Positions 8,781-19,066 of a stretch of 64,000 nt of DNA are shown piece after piece; the stretch's first letter is position 1; each line of letters begins with the position of its first letter. The position numbers and the translations under genes were made by a program. The stretch is from an uncultured virus (IMG/VR IMGVR_UViG_3300032212_000001). Taxonomy: Duplodnaviria; Heunggongvirae; Uroviricota; Caudoviricetes. The notes below the pieces were generated by a model. That model was given only the letters and a program-made list of their open reading frames with translations, had not been told where the DNA came from and did no database searches. The stretch lies in IMG/VR virus record IMGVR_UViG_3300032212_000001; one strand, given 5' to 3'.

Positions 8781-8819
8781 TTGATTCAACACACTAATCG
8801 TTATACCATTGGTATAACG
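8781..8819 (+). promoter_or_regulatory. sigma70-like promoter TTGATT-17-TACCAT overlapped by palindromic operator CGTTATACCATTGGTATAACG
   Basis: core TATACCATTGGTATA recurs at 23511, 30456, 46982, with a variant at 29600. Confidence 0.65.
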
Positions 8820-8845
8820 CACTCACTTGACAAGGAGAAACAATA

Positions 8846-9295
8846 ATGGACGCCTACTGGATCAAAAGCGTTATTCGAGAAATGATCGACGAGAAGCTTG
8901 TTCATTCCTACGAAGTCATGAACCGAGACCAACTGGTCGGCATCGGAAAGGCGACTGAAAACGAGCTTCTAAGGGATTCCCTACCAATGGTCAAGTGGTA
9001 TCCCGTGAACCACAATTTTAGTGAACCACATTCGGCAAAAGCTTGGTTTCATGGATTCGTCGCTTACTGCTTCTTCAACCCCGAGAGATCACCGGAGCTT
9101 TGCTTCAAAGCCTTTCAAGATGGTGTCAAAGAGGCTCAAGACGCTATCCAGAACAAGGGCCAGTGGGGGCTTTACGCAAACGTCTTCTGTGACTACGAAG
9201 ACTGCGAGCAAAGACCAAAAGTAGGCTACGAGTCTGGGGTCTACTGCGAGGAGTGTTACCAGGGGCTCGTTCACGCGGAAGGGATATCGCTCTAA
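8846..9295 (+). CDS. hypothetical protein with C-terminal Zn finger
   Basis: GACAAGGAGA at 8829. Confidence 0.65.
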   Translation: MDAYWIKSVIREMIDEKLVHSYEVMNRDQLVGIGKATENELLRDSLPMVKWYPVNHNFSEPHSAKAWFHGFVAYCFFNPERSPELCFKAFQDGVKEAQDAIQNKGQWGLYANVFCDYEDCEQRPKVGYESGVYCEECYQGLVHAEGISL

Positions 9296-9762
9296 TGACC
9301 AAGCTACTCAAGAAAGAGTCTTTGAAACTACAAAGCCTCAAAGAAGAAGCCCATTCAATCGTCGAAAACCTTCGTCAAGCTCGGACCCTGGGGCGGAAAA
9401 AGCGCAAGAACACTGTCAGTCTCAGCGAGAAGAAAGTCATTGAACAGATCAGCAGCGCTGTAAAGGCCGCTATGGCCTTTCGCGACAAAGCCAGCCGTTT
9501 CTGCAAAAAGATATCGGAGGAGAAGAACGACTGGGTTCAAGGGCGCTCAGAGAGCTACTGGAGAAGCCAACGCTGCGTTGACTTCGAGGAATGGTCAAGG
9601 GGCTGGGAGGAAGCAGGTCGATTTATTCAGTCAGCCTGGGTTCGCCACGACTACCTGACCGTGACGAATCTCAAGCACTACGAAGAGGCTCTTTCCGAAT
9701 TACACAATCTAACCAATGAGCCAGAATACCGAGAGGAGATACAATGCTCTGGCTTTCGCTGA
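9295..9762 (+). CDS. hypothetical coiled-coil protein
   Basis: TAATG coupling. Confidence 0.6.
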   Translation: MTKLLKKESLKLQSLKEEAHSIVENLRQARTLGRKKRKNTVSLSEKKVIEQISSAVKAAMAFRDKASRFCKKISEEKNDWVQGRSESYWRSQRCVDFEEWSRGWEEAGRFIQSAWVRHDYLTVTNLKHYEEALSELHNLTNEPEYREEIQCSGFR

Positions 9763-9865
9763 TAACGTCCTAGAAGGCTTGAGTCTCAAGCCAACTGATT
9801 CATGACGCGGTGGAAAACGTTTTCCACCGACTTAAAGTATTCATTCCAAAAGGGGTCAACTGAAA

Positions 9866-10180
9866 ATGAGAAAATCAATCCTGGCTATCATCGTCCTGAT
9901 GAGCACCGTCATCAGCGCTTGCACCGCGCCGATCCAAATCAAAACAGAGCCAAGCGGGGCTCTCATAACTCATGAAGGCGCGAACGCTGGAATGAGCCCT
10001 ACGACAATCCACGCCTCGACTCTCGGATTCACTACAACGACGACTATCCGCGTTGAGAAGGAAGGCTATCACACCGCTCAAAAGACGATATCAGTCCTCG
10101 TCAACCCATGGAACGGCTCGATGACTTGGCCCAACATGGAGTTTATAAGACTCGCCAAAAAGGAAGACAAGGGCAAGTAA
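9866..10180 (+). CDS. PEGA-domain lipoprotein
   Basis: signal peptide with ISAC lipobox; IKTEPSGA...G.SP...VEKEGY. Confidence 0.7.
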   Translation: MRKSILAIIVLMSTVISACTAPIQIKTEPSGALITHEGANAGMSPTTIHASTLGFTTTTTIRVEKEGYHTAQKTISVLVNPWNGSMTWPNMEFIRLAKKEDKGK

Positions 10181-10238
10181 AACCCTCCAGTCCTAAATAA
10201 ACCAACCCATAACAAAAAACTCTGACAAGGAGAGTGCC

Positions 10239-11075
10239 GTGACCGAAGAAGATAAGACTTACAACATCCCCGAAGAAATCATTGACGAGATGGCGAGCGT
10301 GGAAGACAAGGAAGAAAGAGTAAGGGCTCTGTATGACTTGTCCATCAAGATCTTCAACCACTTTGAAGTCAACCAACAAGTCCTTTACAGCCTCATTTCC
10401 ATAGCAAATAAGAAAAAGCTAAAAGAGCCATTCGACTCGGAGGAGCTGGCAGCGGTCCTTGAAATCATCATCTGCGACAAAGACGAACGAAAGAAAACCC
10501 TCGACGAAGCCACTAAAGCGCTTAAGAAAACCATTGAGGAGGCTCACTCTCAAGGGATCTTCAACAAAGGCGGCAAAAAGCCAATGCCGGGTATGACCGC
10601 AGAGGAAATCTTCCAAAAAACAATGAAGGACGAGTTCAAAAATGAACCCGCGCCAGGGCAGCAAGACATCGGGGACGCTCTTGTTGCCCTGGAACTCGCC
10701 ACCGGAATCACTTCATACAACATGTGCATGGTGAACTTCCTCCTGGCACGTCAAGAGCTTGGGTTCAAAGCCAATGATTCGACCGTTGACAAACTCGCAA
10801 AAGAACTGTCAAGGATTGTCATAAACGAGTCTTGTAGACAACTCAAGAAGAACACGTTTCACTTCATTGACCTGAAGTTTGCCAAGCGCGGGGGCTCATC
10901 AACCTTTGACAAGATGACAGGCAATACGCCTGAAAAGGCTAAAGCTGAATTTGACCAATCCATAAGGCGCGTTGTAAAGCGAATTTCCCAAGGAGTGTTC
11001 AACGTCGAAGCCCAACGCCAAGTCATTGAAGGTTTAGCACAAGCAGTCAAGTCGGAAGAAGAGGGCGATGCATAA
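10239..11075 (+). CDS. hypothetical helical protein
   Basis: GACAAGGAGA at 10224; 278 aa. Confidence 0.7.
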   Translation: MTEEDKTYNIPEEIIDEMASVEDKEERVRALYDLSIKIFNHFEVNQQVLYSLISIANKKKLKEPFDSEELAAVLEIIICDKDERKKTLDEATKALKKTIEEAHSQGIFNKGGKKPMPGMTAEEIFQKTMKDEFKNEPAPGQQDIGDALVALELATGITSYNMCMVNFLLARQELGFKANDSTVDKLAKELSRIVINESCRQLKKNTFHFIDLKFAKRGGSSTFDKMTGNTPEKAKAEFDQSIRRVVKRISQGVFNVEAQRQVIEGLAQAVKSEEEGDA

Positions 11076-12042
11076 CCCAACGGCAACTGAAGTATGGAAA
11101 ACCTTCCAGGCCGAGGACTGGGCCTGGAAGGTTCGCGTCTCCAACAAAGGCAACATTCAAAGAATGGATTCTGGTCACTGGATTGACCTTGAGATAAGAA
11201 CCTTTCACAAAAAACATCTCAAGGTCTATATCAAAAGTAAGGGAAAAGACAAACTCGGACAACATTGGTATCACGCGATTAGCATATCAAGCCTTGTCGC
11301 CAAACTATTCCTCACTAACCGAGATGGTAGGTCAGCCGTATCATACAAGGACGGCGACCGAACAAACTGCGCCGCTCACAATCTAGCATGGTCCTATCAC
11401 GCTGAGTTTTTTGAGCCCAAACACAACTACCGCATGAGACGAGAACTATCAAGTGCGGGAATTGGCATACTCAGAGCCATTGAATACAGCGGATCAGCCG
11501 GAGTAAGCTTTGTATCCATGGCTCTTCTTAAAAGACTTCAACATGCGGCAACGGAAGCCAATCCAGAAATTCCAAAGAAATCAGAAAATCCACAGCGCCA
11601 AAAAGTCGTGAAACTACTTGAGTTTGTTAGTGGATTAACTGGAGAACCCATAAGCGATCTCATATCGCAAGACAGTCTTTATGGGCTTCCTACATACGAC
11701 GACTACTTCTCTTGCGCTCAGGAGAGCCTGGAAGATCTTATAGGGGGCGCTGAAAACATTGAAGAAGAAAGCCTAGTCCCCGAAATGGCCGAAGAGAATG
11801 AAAGGAAGGAGCTTGTCCATAAAGCTCTTTCAAAACTGCCTCTGCGTCACGCCCTTGCTATCAAAATGCACTTTGGCCTTAAACCATTTGAGGCCAGATA
11901 CAACTACATGGAGTGTGCTCAACAATTCAACATATCAAGAGAGGGGTTCCGCCAAAGACTCGAAGCGGCTTACATTAAATTCAGGAAAGCACTTGGGGAA
12001 TTAAACGAGGGGATGAAGACAGCGCAAAACGTTTTCCAATAA
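11068..12042 (+). CDS. NUMOD4/HNH-like domain fused to sigma70 region 4
   Basis: EVWK...VSNKGNI, LVAKLFL...YKDGDRTNC..NLAW; ALSKLP.R...I.MHFGL...ECAQQFNISREGFRQ. Confidence 0.7.
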   Translation: MHNPTATEVWKTFQAEDWAWKVRVSNKGNIQRMDSGHWIDLEIRTFHKKHLKVYIKSKGKDKLGQHWYHAISISSLVAKLFLTNRDGRSAVSYKDGDRTNCAAHNLAWSYHAEFFEPKHNYRMRRELSSAGIGILRAIEYSGSAGVSFVSMALLKRLQHAATEANPEIPKKSENPQRQKVVKLLEFVSGLTGEPISDLISQDSLYGLPTYDDYFSCAQESLEDLIGGAENIEEESLVPEMAEENERKELVHKALSKLPLRHALAIKMHFGLKPFEARYNYMECAQQFNISREGFRQRLEAAYIKFRKALGELNEGMKTAQNVFQ

Positions 12043-12195
12043 GACCCATTGCTATGAAGAAAGAAAAAGACAATGACGCCCCAAAACTCACAATACGGAT
12101 GGTATAGTATTGGACTTCTTCTATTAATTGTTTGTAGTCAATGACGCGCATTGTGAATGGTGCGCGTCAAACCTTGTACGCTTGAAGGTTCAGCC

Positions 12196-12687
12196 ATGAA
12201 TGAAGACATAGGTTTATTTCACATTGGAGCTGGTGAAACCGAAGTAGACGCGGCTCATCGCATATCTAAATCACTGCCTTCATTGAGAACAGCCATCTTA
12301 AATCAAATAAGTGAGGCTGGTGACAGAGGAATCATTCCAGACGAAGCCTGGGAGTCCATAGTCAAGTGGAGGCCAGGGACGCCTGAACCGTCTGTCAGGC
12401 CAAGATTCAACGAGCTGTGGGAATCAGGTCTCATTCGCCGGAATGGATCGACTCGAAAGAACAGGCGCGAAGGCGAAGAAGAGGTTTGGGTTTCCGGCGT
12501 AGATCCTGTCGCGATCAATCGACGAAAAGCCAAGAGGCGCAATAAAGCACTTTGCATAGGCTGTCTACTCAAAGGCTCGGTAAAGAAACTAAAAGACAAC
12601 GTTTTAGACCTCATCGAAAAAGGTCGTTCGGTGCGCTGCTCTGATTGCGGCTTCACCATGCAACTTAAGGAAGAAAAAGACAAATGA
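12196..12687 (+). CDS. winged-helix DNA-binding protein with Zn ribbon
   Basis: SVRPRFNELWESGLI; CIGC...CSDC. Confidence 0.55.
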   Translation: MNEDIGLFHIGAGETEVDAAHRISKSLPSLRTAILNQISEAGDRGIIPDEAWESIVKWRPGTPEPSVRPRFNELWESGLIRRNGSTRKNRREGEEEVWVSGVDPVAINRRKAKRRNKALCIGCLLKGSVKKLKDNVLDLIEKGRSVRCSDCGFTMQLKEEKDK

Positions 12688-14042
12688 AAGAATGGCCCGT
12701 TCATTACAAAGAAAGACTGGCAATCCAAGACCCTGAAAGCAACGTCGCCGTTTGCTGCCTATGGTCTCCCCAGAAGTCTATAGTGAGGAAGCTCGGAGAC
12801 TGCAAAGTATCAGTGATTGGCAATCTATACTCACTACAAGGAATCAACTACTTAATCAGGAACATTCTGGCAAAGCCAACAATAACACACTTGGTCATCT
12901 GTGGACATGACCTGACTGGATCTGGAGCGGCCCTATGGAGTCTCTTACAAAACCAAGGCAAGCCTGATTTCATTGACAACGGCATTGATATCAAAACTCT
13001 AAATTTAGTGAGAAGAAACGTCACCCCACACTTATTCTTGGAGGGTGGTAGCTTGGGATTCAAGCCTTCTATGATCGAGGCTATGAAAGGTCATTCGGAG
13101 CCCTGGAGCGATCCTATTGAACTGCCAATACCGAGGGCCAAAGCCGAACAACTACCCAGCCATGAGGTTGTAGAGGTTGTTCGCGAGCCTAAGTTCTACG
13201 ATGCATGGCTTCGAGCGCTCAAAACGATCATGGCATTTGGCAACATTTCCCCAACTCAGTATGGAGATCGTCAACGGGAAATCATAAACATGACTATCGT
13301 GACCGACGAGCCCACTGAAGAAGTTGATTTGTCATTATTTGACATAGATCAACACGAGTTCGACTCCTATGTCAACAGCCTTTTGTTTGGAAGGCATGGA
13401 GCCAATGTCTCTTACACATACGGCTCAAGGTTCACCAAGGATTTTGGCATAAATCAACTCAGCGCAATCACTCAAACTCTTCAAGACAACTATGACTCAC
13501 GACGAGCCGTCGCTTGCACATGGAAGGCCAGTAGCGACGGCTTCTCAAAAAACCCACCATGCCTCATCCTGATTCACGCAATGGTCAGGGGAGGGCTCAT
13601 CATGACCTGCTACATAAGAAGCAATGACATGTATCGAGCTTGGCCTCTCAACGCCTTAGCACTGCGCCGCGTTCAAGAAATCATCGCCCAGGACGTAGGA
13701 GTCGCGACTGGCACCTTGACCATCATTTCTGGCTCCGCTCATGTTTACGAGCCATGTTGGATCGAAGCAAACAAGAGAATCGAATCCGACAAATCCAAAT
13801 ACGCTTTCAAAGTAGACCCTCGCGGAAGCTTTGTCATAAAGGTCAAGGAGGGACAAATCATCGTTGAGCACTTCTCCCCAGAGGGCTTGAAATGCTCTGA
13901 GTTCACTGTCAAGCGATCCGCCGATGCAAAGAGAAAGATGATGCCGATGATTTCCTCTGTGGCCCACGCTCTCTATATCGGTCGCGAACTAGAGAGAGCG
14001 CAAAACGCACTCGATCAAGGATTGGAATACAACAACCAATGA
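12684..14042 (+). CDS. thyA: thymidylate synthase family protein with MtrA-like N-terminal and DUF4346-like C-terminal domains
   Basis: YTYG.R, SRRA, PPCL, RSND...AWPLN, SAHVY; N-terminal VAVCCLWS..IGNLYS..GIN; C-terminal DPRG.F...HALYIGREL. Confidence 0.75.
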   Translation: MKEWPVHYKERLAIQDPESNVAVCCLWSPQKSIVRKLGDCKVSVIGNLYSLQGINYLIRNILAKPTITHLVICGHDLTGSGAALWSLLQNQGKPDFIDNGIDIKTLNLVRRNVTPHLFLEGGSLGFKPSMIEAMKGHSEPWSDPIELPIPRAKAEQLPSHEVVEVVREPKFYDAWLRALKTIMAFGNISPTQYGDRQREIINMTIVTDEPTEEVDLSLFDIDQHEFDSYVNSLLFGRHGANVSYTYGSRFTKDFGINQLSAITQTLQDNYDSRRAVACTWKASSDGFSKNPPCLILIHAMVRGGLIMTCYIRSNDMYRAWPLNALALRRVQEIIAQDVGVATGTLTIISGSAHVYEPCWIEANKRIESDKSKYAFKVDPRGSFVIKVKEGQIIVEHFSPEGLKCSEFTVKRSADAKRKMMPMISSVAHALYIGRELERAQNALDQGLEYNNQ

Positions 14043-14179
14043 GACAGAAAACAGTAACACCAAAGGGTTGCCCCTACTGCGGGGGTACAGCCTACTTCGG
14101 TATGAATGAAGCGTCCATGGCTAATCACATAGCCAGTCACAAACGATAACAACAACGCTCTAATGACAAGGAGAGAGCT

Positions 14180-14698
14180 ATGAAAAATGTAAAGAAACGA
14201 AAAAAACGGTCCTATCACGGATCGGAGACACTCCGAAAATACCGAAGTAGAGCCATGAGAGCCAATGACCTGATCCGAGTCATTGCAAGTCATGGTCGCA
14301 GGTTCTTCGCTCAGTGTTCGGACATGAACACTCCCGACAAAGAAATGACTGGACGGATCTCATACTTCGAGGTCAACAATCAAGGCCACATATTCTTTGT
14401 TAATGCCTACAAACTGAGCAGAGTCTATCTCAATAGAGAGAAATACTATTGGAGACATTGGCAGCACGGTGGGACGCTGAAGGATCTCGTTGAAGCTCTG
14501 CGTGATTACATCAAAACCGGGGAGCCAATACCAGGGCACCTTGGCCCACACCCCCAATGGTATTCCCAGGGTGACCCCTGGGGCTACGGCGAAGAATCCA
14601 TGGGTAAGGTTCGAGACGCCGCTGTAAGACTCGGCATTTATCCAAAAGAAAAGAAGAAGGCTGTAATCACAGAAGTCGAGTCAGGAGAAAAAAAATGA
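14180..14698 (+). CDS. phage-type hypothetical protein
   Basis: GACAAGGAGA at 14165; HGRRFF, HGGTLKDLV, WGYG motifs. Confidence 0.65.
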   Translation: MKNVKKRKKRSYHGSETLRKYRSRAMRANDLIRVIASHGRRFFAQCSDMNTPDKEMTGRISYFEVNNQGHIFFVNAYKLSRVYLNREKYYWRHWQHGGTLKDLVEALRDYIKTGEPIPGHLGPHPQWYSQGDPWGYGEESMGKVRDAAVRLGIYPKEKKKAVITEVESGEKK

Positions 14699-15483
14699 AC
14701 ACCCAAGCACTATCGGACACATCGACTGAAGCCTTCATGAAAGGCAATCCCTTCTCCGACGCTTTTGTCAAGCAAGAATACGACTTCTACGGAGTCAGCG
14801 AGAATTATAAAAAGGACGGACTAAGAGTTATCCAGCAAAACGTCATCGGGCGCTGTGACGACTATCTAAACAAGAATTTCAGAGTCGGAATGAAAAGCCT
14901 CGCTCTAATCAAAGAGGGGGATGTTTGGATGTCTCTCACCCCCATGGAAATCGAATCGAACTACCTGCACATTTTCGAGGCAGAGGGTCAGGTTTTCACT
15001 GGTGGCCTTGGACTTGGATACTTCCCCCTTCGCGCAGCGGCCAAAGAGAGCGTTGAGAGCGTTGTTGTATACGAGACCGATAAAAGAGTCATAGACTTCT
15101 TCAAGAGCGCTCACAGCGCTCGCAAGGAGCTTGAGAAGATCGAAATCCGCGAGTCCTGTTGGAGAGAAGCTCTAAGATCGGGTGATATCGAATACCACGA
15201 CTACATTTACAGCGACATCTACCCTTACCTTTGCGATGACGATATTCTCGACGATATAAGGGAGTTTCACAGCTCGTTCCAATTCTTTCGATTCTGGGGA
15301 ATGGAAAAGGTGATTGTTTCGGCAGCAATGTCCTACGGGCACCAAAGCCACCTCCTATCAACATGGGGCAATCTTCGTCCTTACCTAAAGAAGTGGTTGG
15401 ACAACGAAGAGAAAACAAGCCTCTATTACCCGGCCCCTGACGAAGATTACTGTCTAGAAATTACAAAACTCCTCGAAATCTAG
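14695..15483 (+). CDS. spermidine-synthase-like class I SAM-dependent methyltransferase
   Basis: WMSLTPME, GGLGLGY, VVVYE.D..VI. Confidence 0.65.
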   Translation: MNTQALSDTSTEAFMKGNPFSDAFVKQEYDFYGVSENYKKDGLRVIQQNVIGRCDDYLNKNFRVGMKSLALIKEGDVWMSLTPMEIESNYLHIFEAEGQVFTGGLGLGYFPLRAAAKESVESVVVYETDKRVIDFFKSAHSARKELEKIEIRESCWREALRSGDIEYHDYIYSDIYPYLCDDDILDDIREFHSSFQFFRFWGMEKVIVSAAMSYGHQSHLLSTWGNLRPYLKKWLDNEEKTSLYYPAPDEDYCLEITKLLEI

Positions 15484-15496
15484 GAAAACGTTTTCC

Positions 15497-15871
15497 ATGA
15501 CATGTCATCGATGCCAGGGCGCTCTTGAGTTCAATGTTTCCTCTTCTTCATACCAATGCCCCGCTTGTGCTAAAGAAGAGGAGCGACAACGCGCTCCCAT
15601 GCCGAGAATGAACATTAAGCCGTTATTCGTGCGCGACAGAACGACACAAAACCTTCTCTATACCGATGTCAGAAGATTTTGTGTCTGCGGTCACGAATAC
15701 GAGACTGTAAGAGTAGAAGGTCCAGGCTCCTTTGACTTAAACAATCCAAAGATCATGAAAATGATTAACAAGGGCTGTGAAGACCATGCTTCCATGTGCT
15801 TCACAGTCGAAGGGAACGAATGGCTCGCTCCTGATTGGTATCTAAAAACACTGGAGGAAGACGATGATTGA
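15497..15871 (+). CDS. Zn-ribbon protein
   Basis: CHRC...CPAC. Confidence 0.55.
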   Translation: MTCHRCQGALEFNVSSSSYQCPACAKEEERQRAPMPRMNIKPLFVRDRTTQNLLYTDVRRFCVCGHEYETVRVEGPGSFDLNNPKIMKMINKGCEDHASMCFTVEGNEWLAPDWYLKTLEEDDD

Positions 15872-16229
15872 TTGCTTCATATGCGGCAAATACTGCGCCA
15901 GCGACGTTGCCTGGGCTGTCAAAAGAGAGCGCAAAGAGCCACTCGTCCCATACCACCAAACGACGTGCGGCAAAAGAGAAGACTTTGATGAATTGCTTAA
16001 AGACGAACTCGAACGTATGGAGACAGTCGAGAAAAACAAGCCACGACACCCCTGGCGAGTCAACATCGAAGACCGGGAGTGGGACACAGACGTAACTTGC
16101 CTAGAAGAGTTCGACGACAAGTATAGAACTGGTGACTCCAACTACTCAGACTTACTTTTCAAGTATGAAGAACTTGTTCAAGAGCTTGAAAAAAAGCTTG
16201 GCCTTGAAAAAGAATCGACAGGACGCTGA
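15864..16229 (+). CDS. hypothetical protein
   Basis: GGAGG RBS, coupling. Confidence 0.55.
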   Translation: MIDCFICGKYCASDVAWAVKRERKEPLVPYHQTTCGKREDFDELLKDELERMETVEKNKPRHPWRVNIEDREWDTDVTCLEEFDDKYRTGDSNYSDLLFKYEELVQELEKKLGLEKESTGR

Positions 16230-16289
16230 CAATGCCATAGAAAGACCACATTTAGAAGAGCAACATCACTCAAGACAAGGAGAGATAAA

Positions 16290-16727
16290 ATGTTAAAGGC
16301 AGAAGATCAGGACTATTTCGAGAAGGGTCATTTTTCAGTGGAACGCTGTATCGTCGAGGCTATTAACCCAGATACAGTAACAATAAGAGAGTATGCTGCC
16401 CAACGCATATCAGTCAAAATAAACGATCTTTGCGATGAATTGGTTCGGGGAGGAATGACCTTATACATTTACGTCGTAAACAGAATCGAAGACGAAAGAT
16501 CATGCGCCACCATTCACGGGATCTCTTCGAGATTGAAACGCAAAAGCGAGTATCACGCAGTCCTTACCGAAACCGGACCAAGGGACTATTGGGTCACTTG
16601 GTCCGGTGAATACGAAAAAATGGCGGAAGGTTCAATTGTCGATACCAGGATTCTAATGTCAGTTGAAGAACTAACTCGACCTCAAGCTTGCGAGGAAGTC
16701 AGGCTTATGGAGCTTAAAGGACTATGA
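16290..16727 (+). CDS. hypothetical protein
   Basis: GACAAGGAGA at 16274. Confidence 0.65.
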   Translation: MLKAEDQDYFEKGHFSVERCIVEAINPDTVTIREYAAQRISVKINDLCDELVRGGMTLYIYVVNRIEDERSCATIHGISSRLKRKSEYHAVLTETGPRDYWVTWSGEYEKMAEGSIVDTRILMSVEELTRPQACEEVRLMELKGL

Positions 16728-17119
16728 AGAAAAAGGGCAAGGAGAGCGCTGATCTACCAAAGAGGGAGCACGACCAAGGGTGCGATGGCTCTCCATGGGG
16801 TAAAGGCAAGCGATGCAAGTGCTCTTATTACAAAAAGTGCCCAAACTGTCACTACCTTGAAAATGGAGCCAACTCAAGACACTGCGCTCACTGCAATTTC
16901 GAGCTAAGAGGACCAAACAAGAGGGAGCCACAAAAACAATGTGGATCATGCTCTCAAATGTTCATTGATTCGTCTTTCCTAATATCAATACCAATAAGTG
17001 TTTACGAAGATTCAAGAAGTGAATCTAACTTCGTTTCAATCTGCGACAAGTGCGCCCCCGACTGGTTCGAGAAAGTCCAGAAGTTATGGGCGCAATTCAA
17101 AAAGGAGAAAGACCGTTGA
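16724..17119 (+). CDS. multi-Zn-finger protein
   Basis: four CxxC pairs. Confidence 0.6.
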   Translation: MKKKGKESADLPKREHDQGCDGSPWGKGKRCKCSYYKKCPNCHYLENGANSRHCAHCNFELRGPNKREPQKQCGSCSQMFIDSSFLISIPISVYEDSRSESNFVSICDKCAPDWFEKVQKLWAQFKKEKDR

Positions 17120-17748
17120 GTTACAGACCTATTACAGATGTATGGATTTTAGCCCGTGCCAAGCTTCGAGACGGGCACAAGTATTATGGCGCTTACCCAG
17201 CAGGATTCCTTCACAGGGCTCGTCACATGCTCGGCGTTCGACCTTGCGATCCAGTTCTCCACGTTTGCTCAGGGAAAGTTGATAAGAATCTTTACTCGGG
17301 CTTTGGCCCCAATGACAAAACTCTGGATCTCGATCCCGCTCTCAATCCAGATTTCCACATCGATGCCAGAGATATCGGATCAACCAAAGGCTCTTCCTTC
17401 CCGAGATTGGTTGATAACGAAACACACATCTCCCAGGTTTCAAGCAACGAAGAGGGCCAGGACATTGCAAAACTTGGTGAATGGGGTGCGATATTAATCG
17501 ACCGCCCATACACAAGAGAAGACGCCAAACACTATGCGCCGGGTGAAGGTGCGCTGCCGAATCTCAATGATCTTCTAAAGCATAGCCTGTCTATGCTGCC
17601 CATTGGTCGCCGCGTAGGCGTCATTGATTACCTTTGGCCTCACCCTGGCAAATGGGGCAAAGAAGTCGCGGTCATCGGAGTCGGAACAGGACGAAACAAC
17701 AGAGCCCGCTGGTTCACAGTGTTCGAGCGGATAAAAGACCACAGTTAA
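17116..17748 (+). CDS. putative nucleic-acid amino-methyltransferase
   Basis: YYGAYP, VLHVCSG (motif I), DLDP..NPD, IDRPY (DPPY-like); TTG start after AAGGAG. Confidence 0.55.
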   Translation: MSYRPITDVWILARAKLRDGHKYYGAYPAGFLHRARHMLGVRPCDPVLHVCSGKVDKNLYSGFGPNDKTLDLDPALNPDFHIDARDIGSTKGSSFPRLVDNETHISQVSSNEEGQDIAKLGEWGAILIDRPYTREDAKHYAPGEGALPNLNDLLKHSLSMLPIGRRVGVIDYLWPHPGKWGKEVAVIGVGTGRNNRARWFTVFERIKDHS

Positions 17749-17780
17749 GGCAAACATCCAAATAAGACAAGGAGAGATGA

Positions 17781-17936
17781 ATGTCCGAAAGAGAAGAAGT
17801 CGTCGGGAGACTCGTTAAAACAATCTTTTCGTGGGTTGACGAAGACGAAAGACTTGGAAAAGTCATCACATACAACGACATTAAGAAGCTAGCTGAAAAG
17901 CTCCGCGACGAAATAGACGAACTCCACTTCTTCTAA
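17781..17936 (+). CDS. small hypothetical protein (not in ORF track)
   Basis: GACAAGGAGA at 17766; MSEREEVVGRLV... Confidence 0.55.
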   Translation: MSEREEVVGRLVKTIFSWVDEDERLGKVITYNDIKKLAEKLRDEIDELHFF

Positions 17937-18008
17937 TCCATAACCGCTTCAACAATCCAAGGGGAGCGGAAAACGTTTTCCACAAAAAGAAATGACAAGG
18001 AGATCCCC

Positions 18009-18665
18009 ATGGGAATAGAAAAACCACCCCCGCGTAGAAAAACAAAAAAGTTCAAAGAAGCCTTTGGCAAATGGATTAAAAAGTCAATCGCAGAAGTCGA
18101 TATGAGCATTAAAGACCTCGCTATTGCAGTAGGAGTGAGTCGAACAACGGCATATAACTGGTCGATGGGGCGCAAGTCATTTATATCGGACAGCAATTAC
18201 GAGCTTGTTGAACTGGTCATCGAAAGAAGGGCCGAAAGGCGCGGTATCCAATACAACCATGAGGAGGGCAACGAGAAAGAATCCAATGAGGTATTTGTCG
18301 ATGAAGGACATGTTTCAATCAATGGTTCTCGATTTGAAGTCGCAATGAAGAACAGCTCCTTCTCCATCAGATCCTTTTGCAGAGCGGCTGGTATAGGAGA
18401 GAGAACCCTCTATCGCTGGAAAAGTTCTCAACCAATTCCTATCTATGCTCTATACGGATTAGCCCACATACTAAAAGTCAACCCGCAATGGCTCACCGGC
18501 CAAGATAACAATATCAACCTCATTAGAGAAAAAACCGAAGACCTAAATACCAGGGGGGCGGATCGACTAAAAGACGTAATGAAGAAATCCCTCGCGTCTT
18601 TCAAAACGCGCATGGCTTTTGCCATGGAGGATATTAAAAGCCTCGAAAAAACAATGGAGTTCTAG
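18009..18665 (+). CDS. tandem XRE-family HTH transcription regulator
   Basis: SIKDLAIAVGVSRTTAYNW and SIRSFCRAAGIGERTLYRW...LAHILKVNPQWL. Confidence 0.75.
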   Translation: MGIEKPPPRRKTKKFKEAFGKWIKKSIAEVDMSIKDLAIAVGVSRTTAYNWSMGRKSFISDSNYELVELVIERRAERRGIQYNHEEGNEKESNEVFVDEGHVSINGSRFEVAMKNSSFSIRSFCRAAGIGERTLYRWKSSQPIPIYALYGLAHILKVNPQWLTGQDNNINLIREKTEDLNTRGADRLKDVMKKSLASFKTRMAFAMEDIKSLEKTMEF

Positions 18666-18726
18666 GAGAATCGTCTTCTCATAGAACAAAATCACTAACA
18701 AAAAAAATATTGGAAATAGGTGCTGA

Positions 18727-19017
18727 ATGGCTATAGAACCTGGGCAAATCATTAAAAACAGAGAACTCGCCAAGAAGCGGGAAACTCTTAAAGGGAAAGC
18801 AGAGCGCTACAACACGACAATCGACATGCTTCTCAGAAAGCGCTGGAAAGAAGGCGAAGAAGCCCTCATTAAGTTTGCAGAACTTCCCCGCAGCCGTGAC
18901 GGACTGGGCATACATGATCTTGGAGAAGCAGCCGCCGAAAACTACCGAAAAGCAGGGTGGAAAGTCGTCATCGACTGGAAGAATGAACAGTTCTCGTTCA
19001 CTTACAAGGCGGGTTAA
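18727..19017 (+). CDS. hypothetical protein
   Basis: AGGTG RBS. Confidence 0.6.
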   Translation: MAIEPGQIIKNRELAKKRETLKGKAERYNTTIDMLLRKRWKEGEEALIKFAELPRSRDGLGIHDLGEAAAENYRKAGWKVVIDWKNEQFSFTYKAG

Positions 19018-19066
19018 ATAATCCGCCTTGTCTCCAAATTAAAAACACAAAACGAAAGAAAATCTC

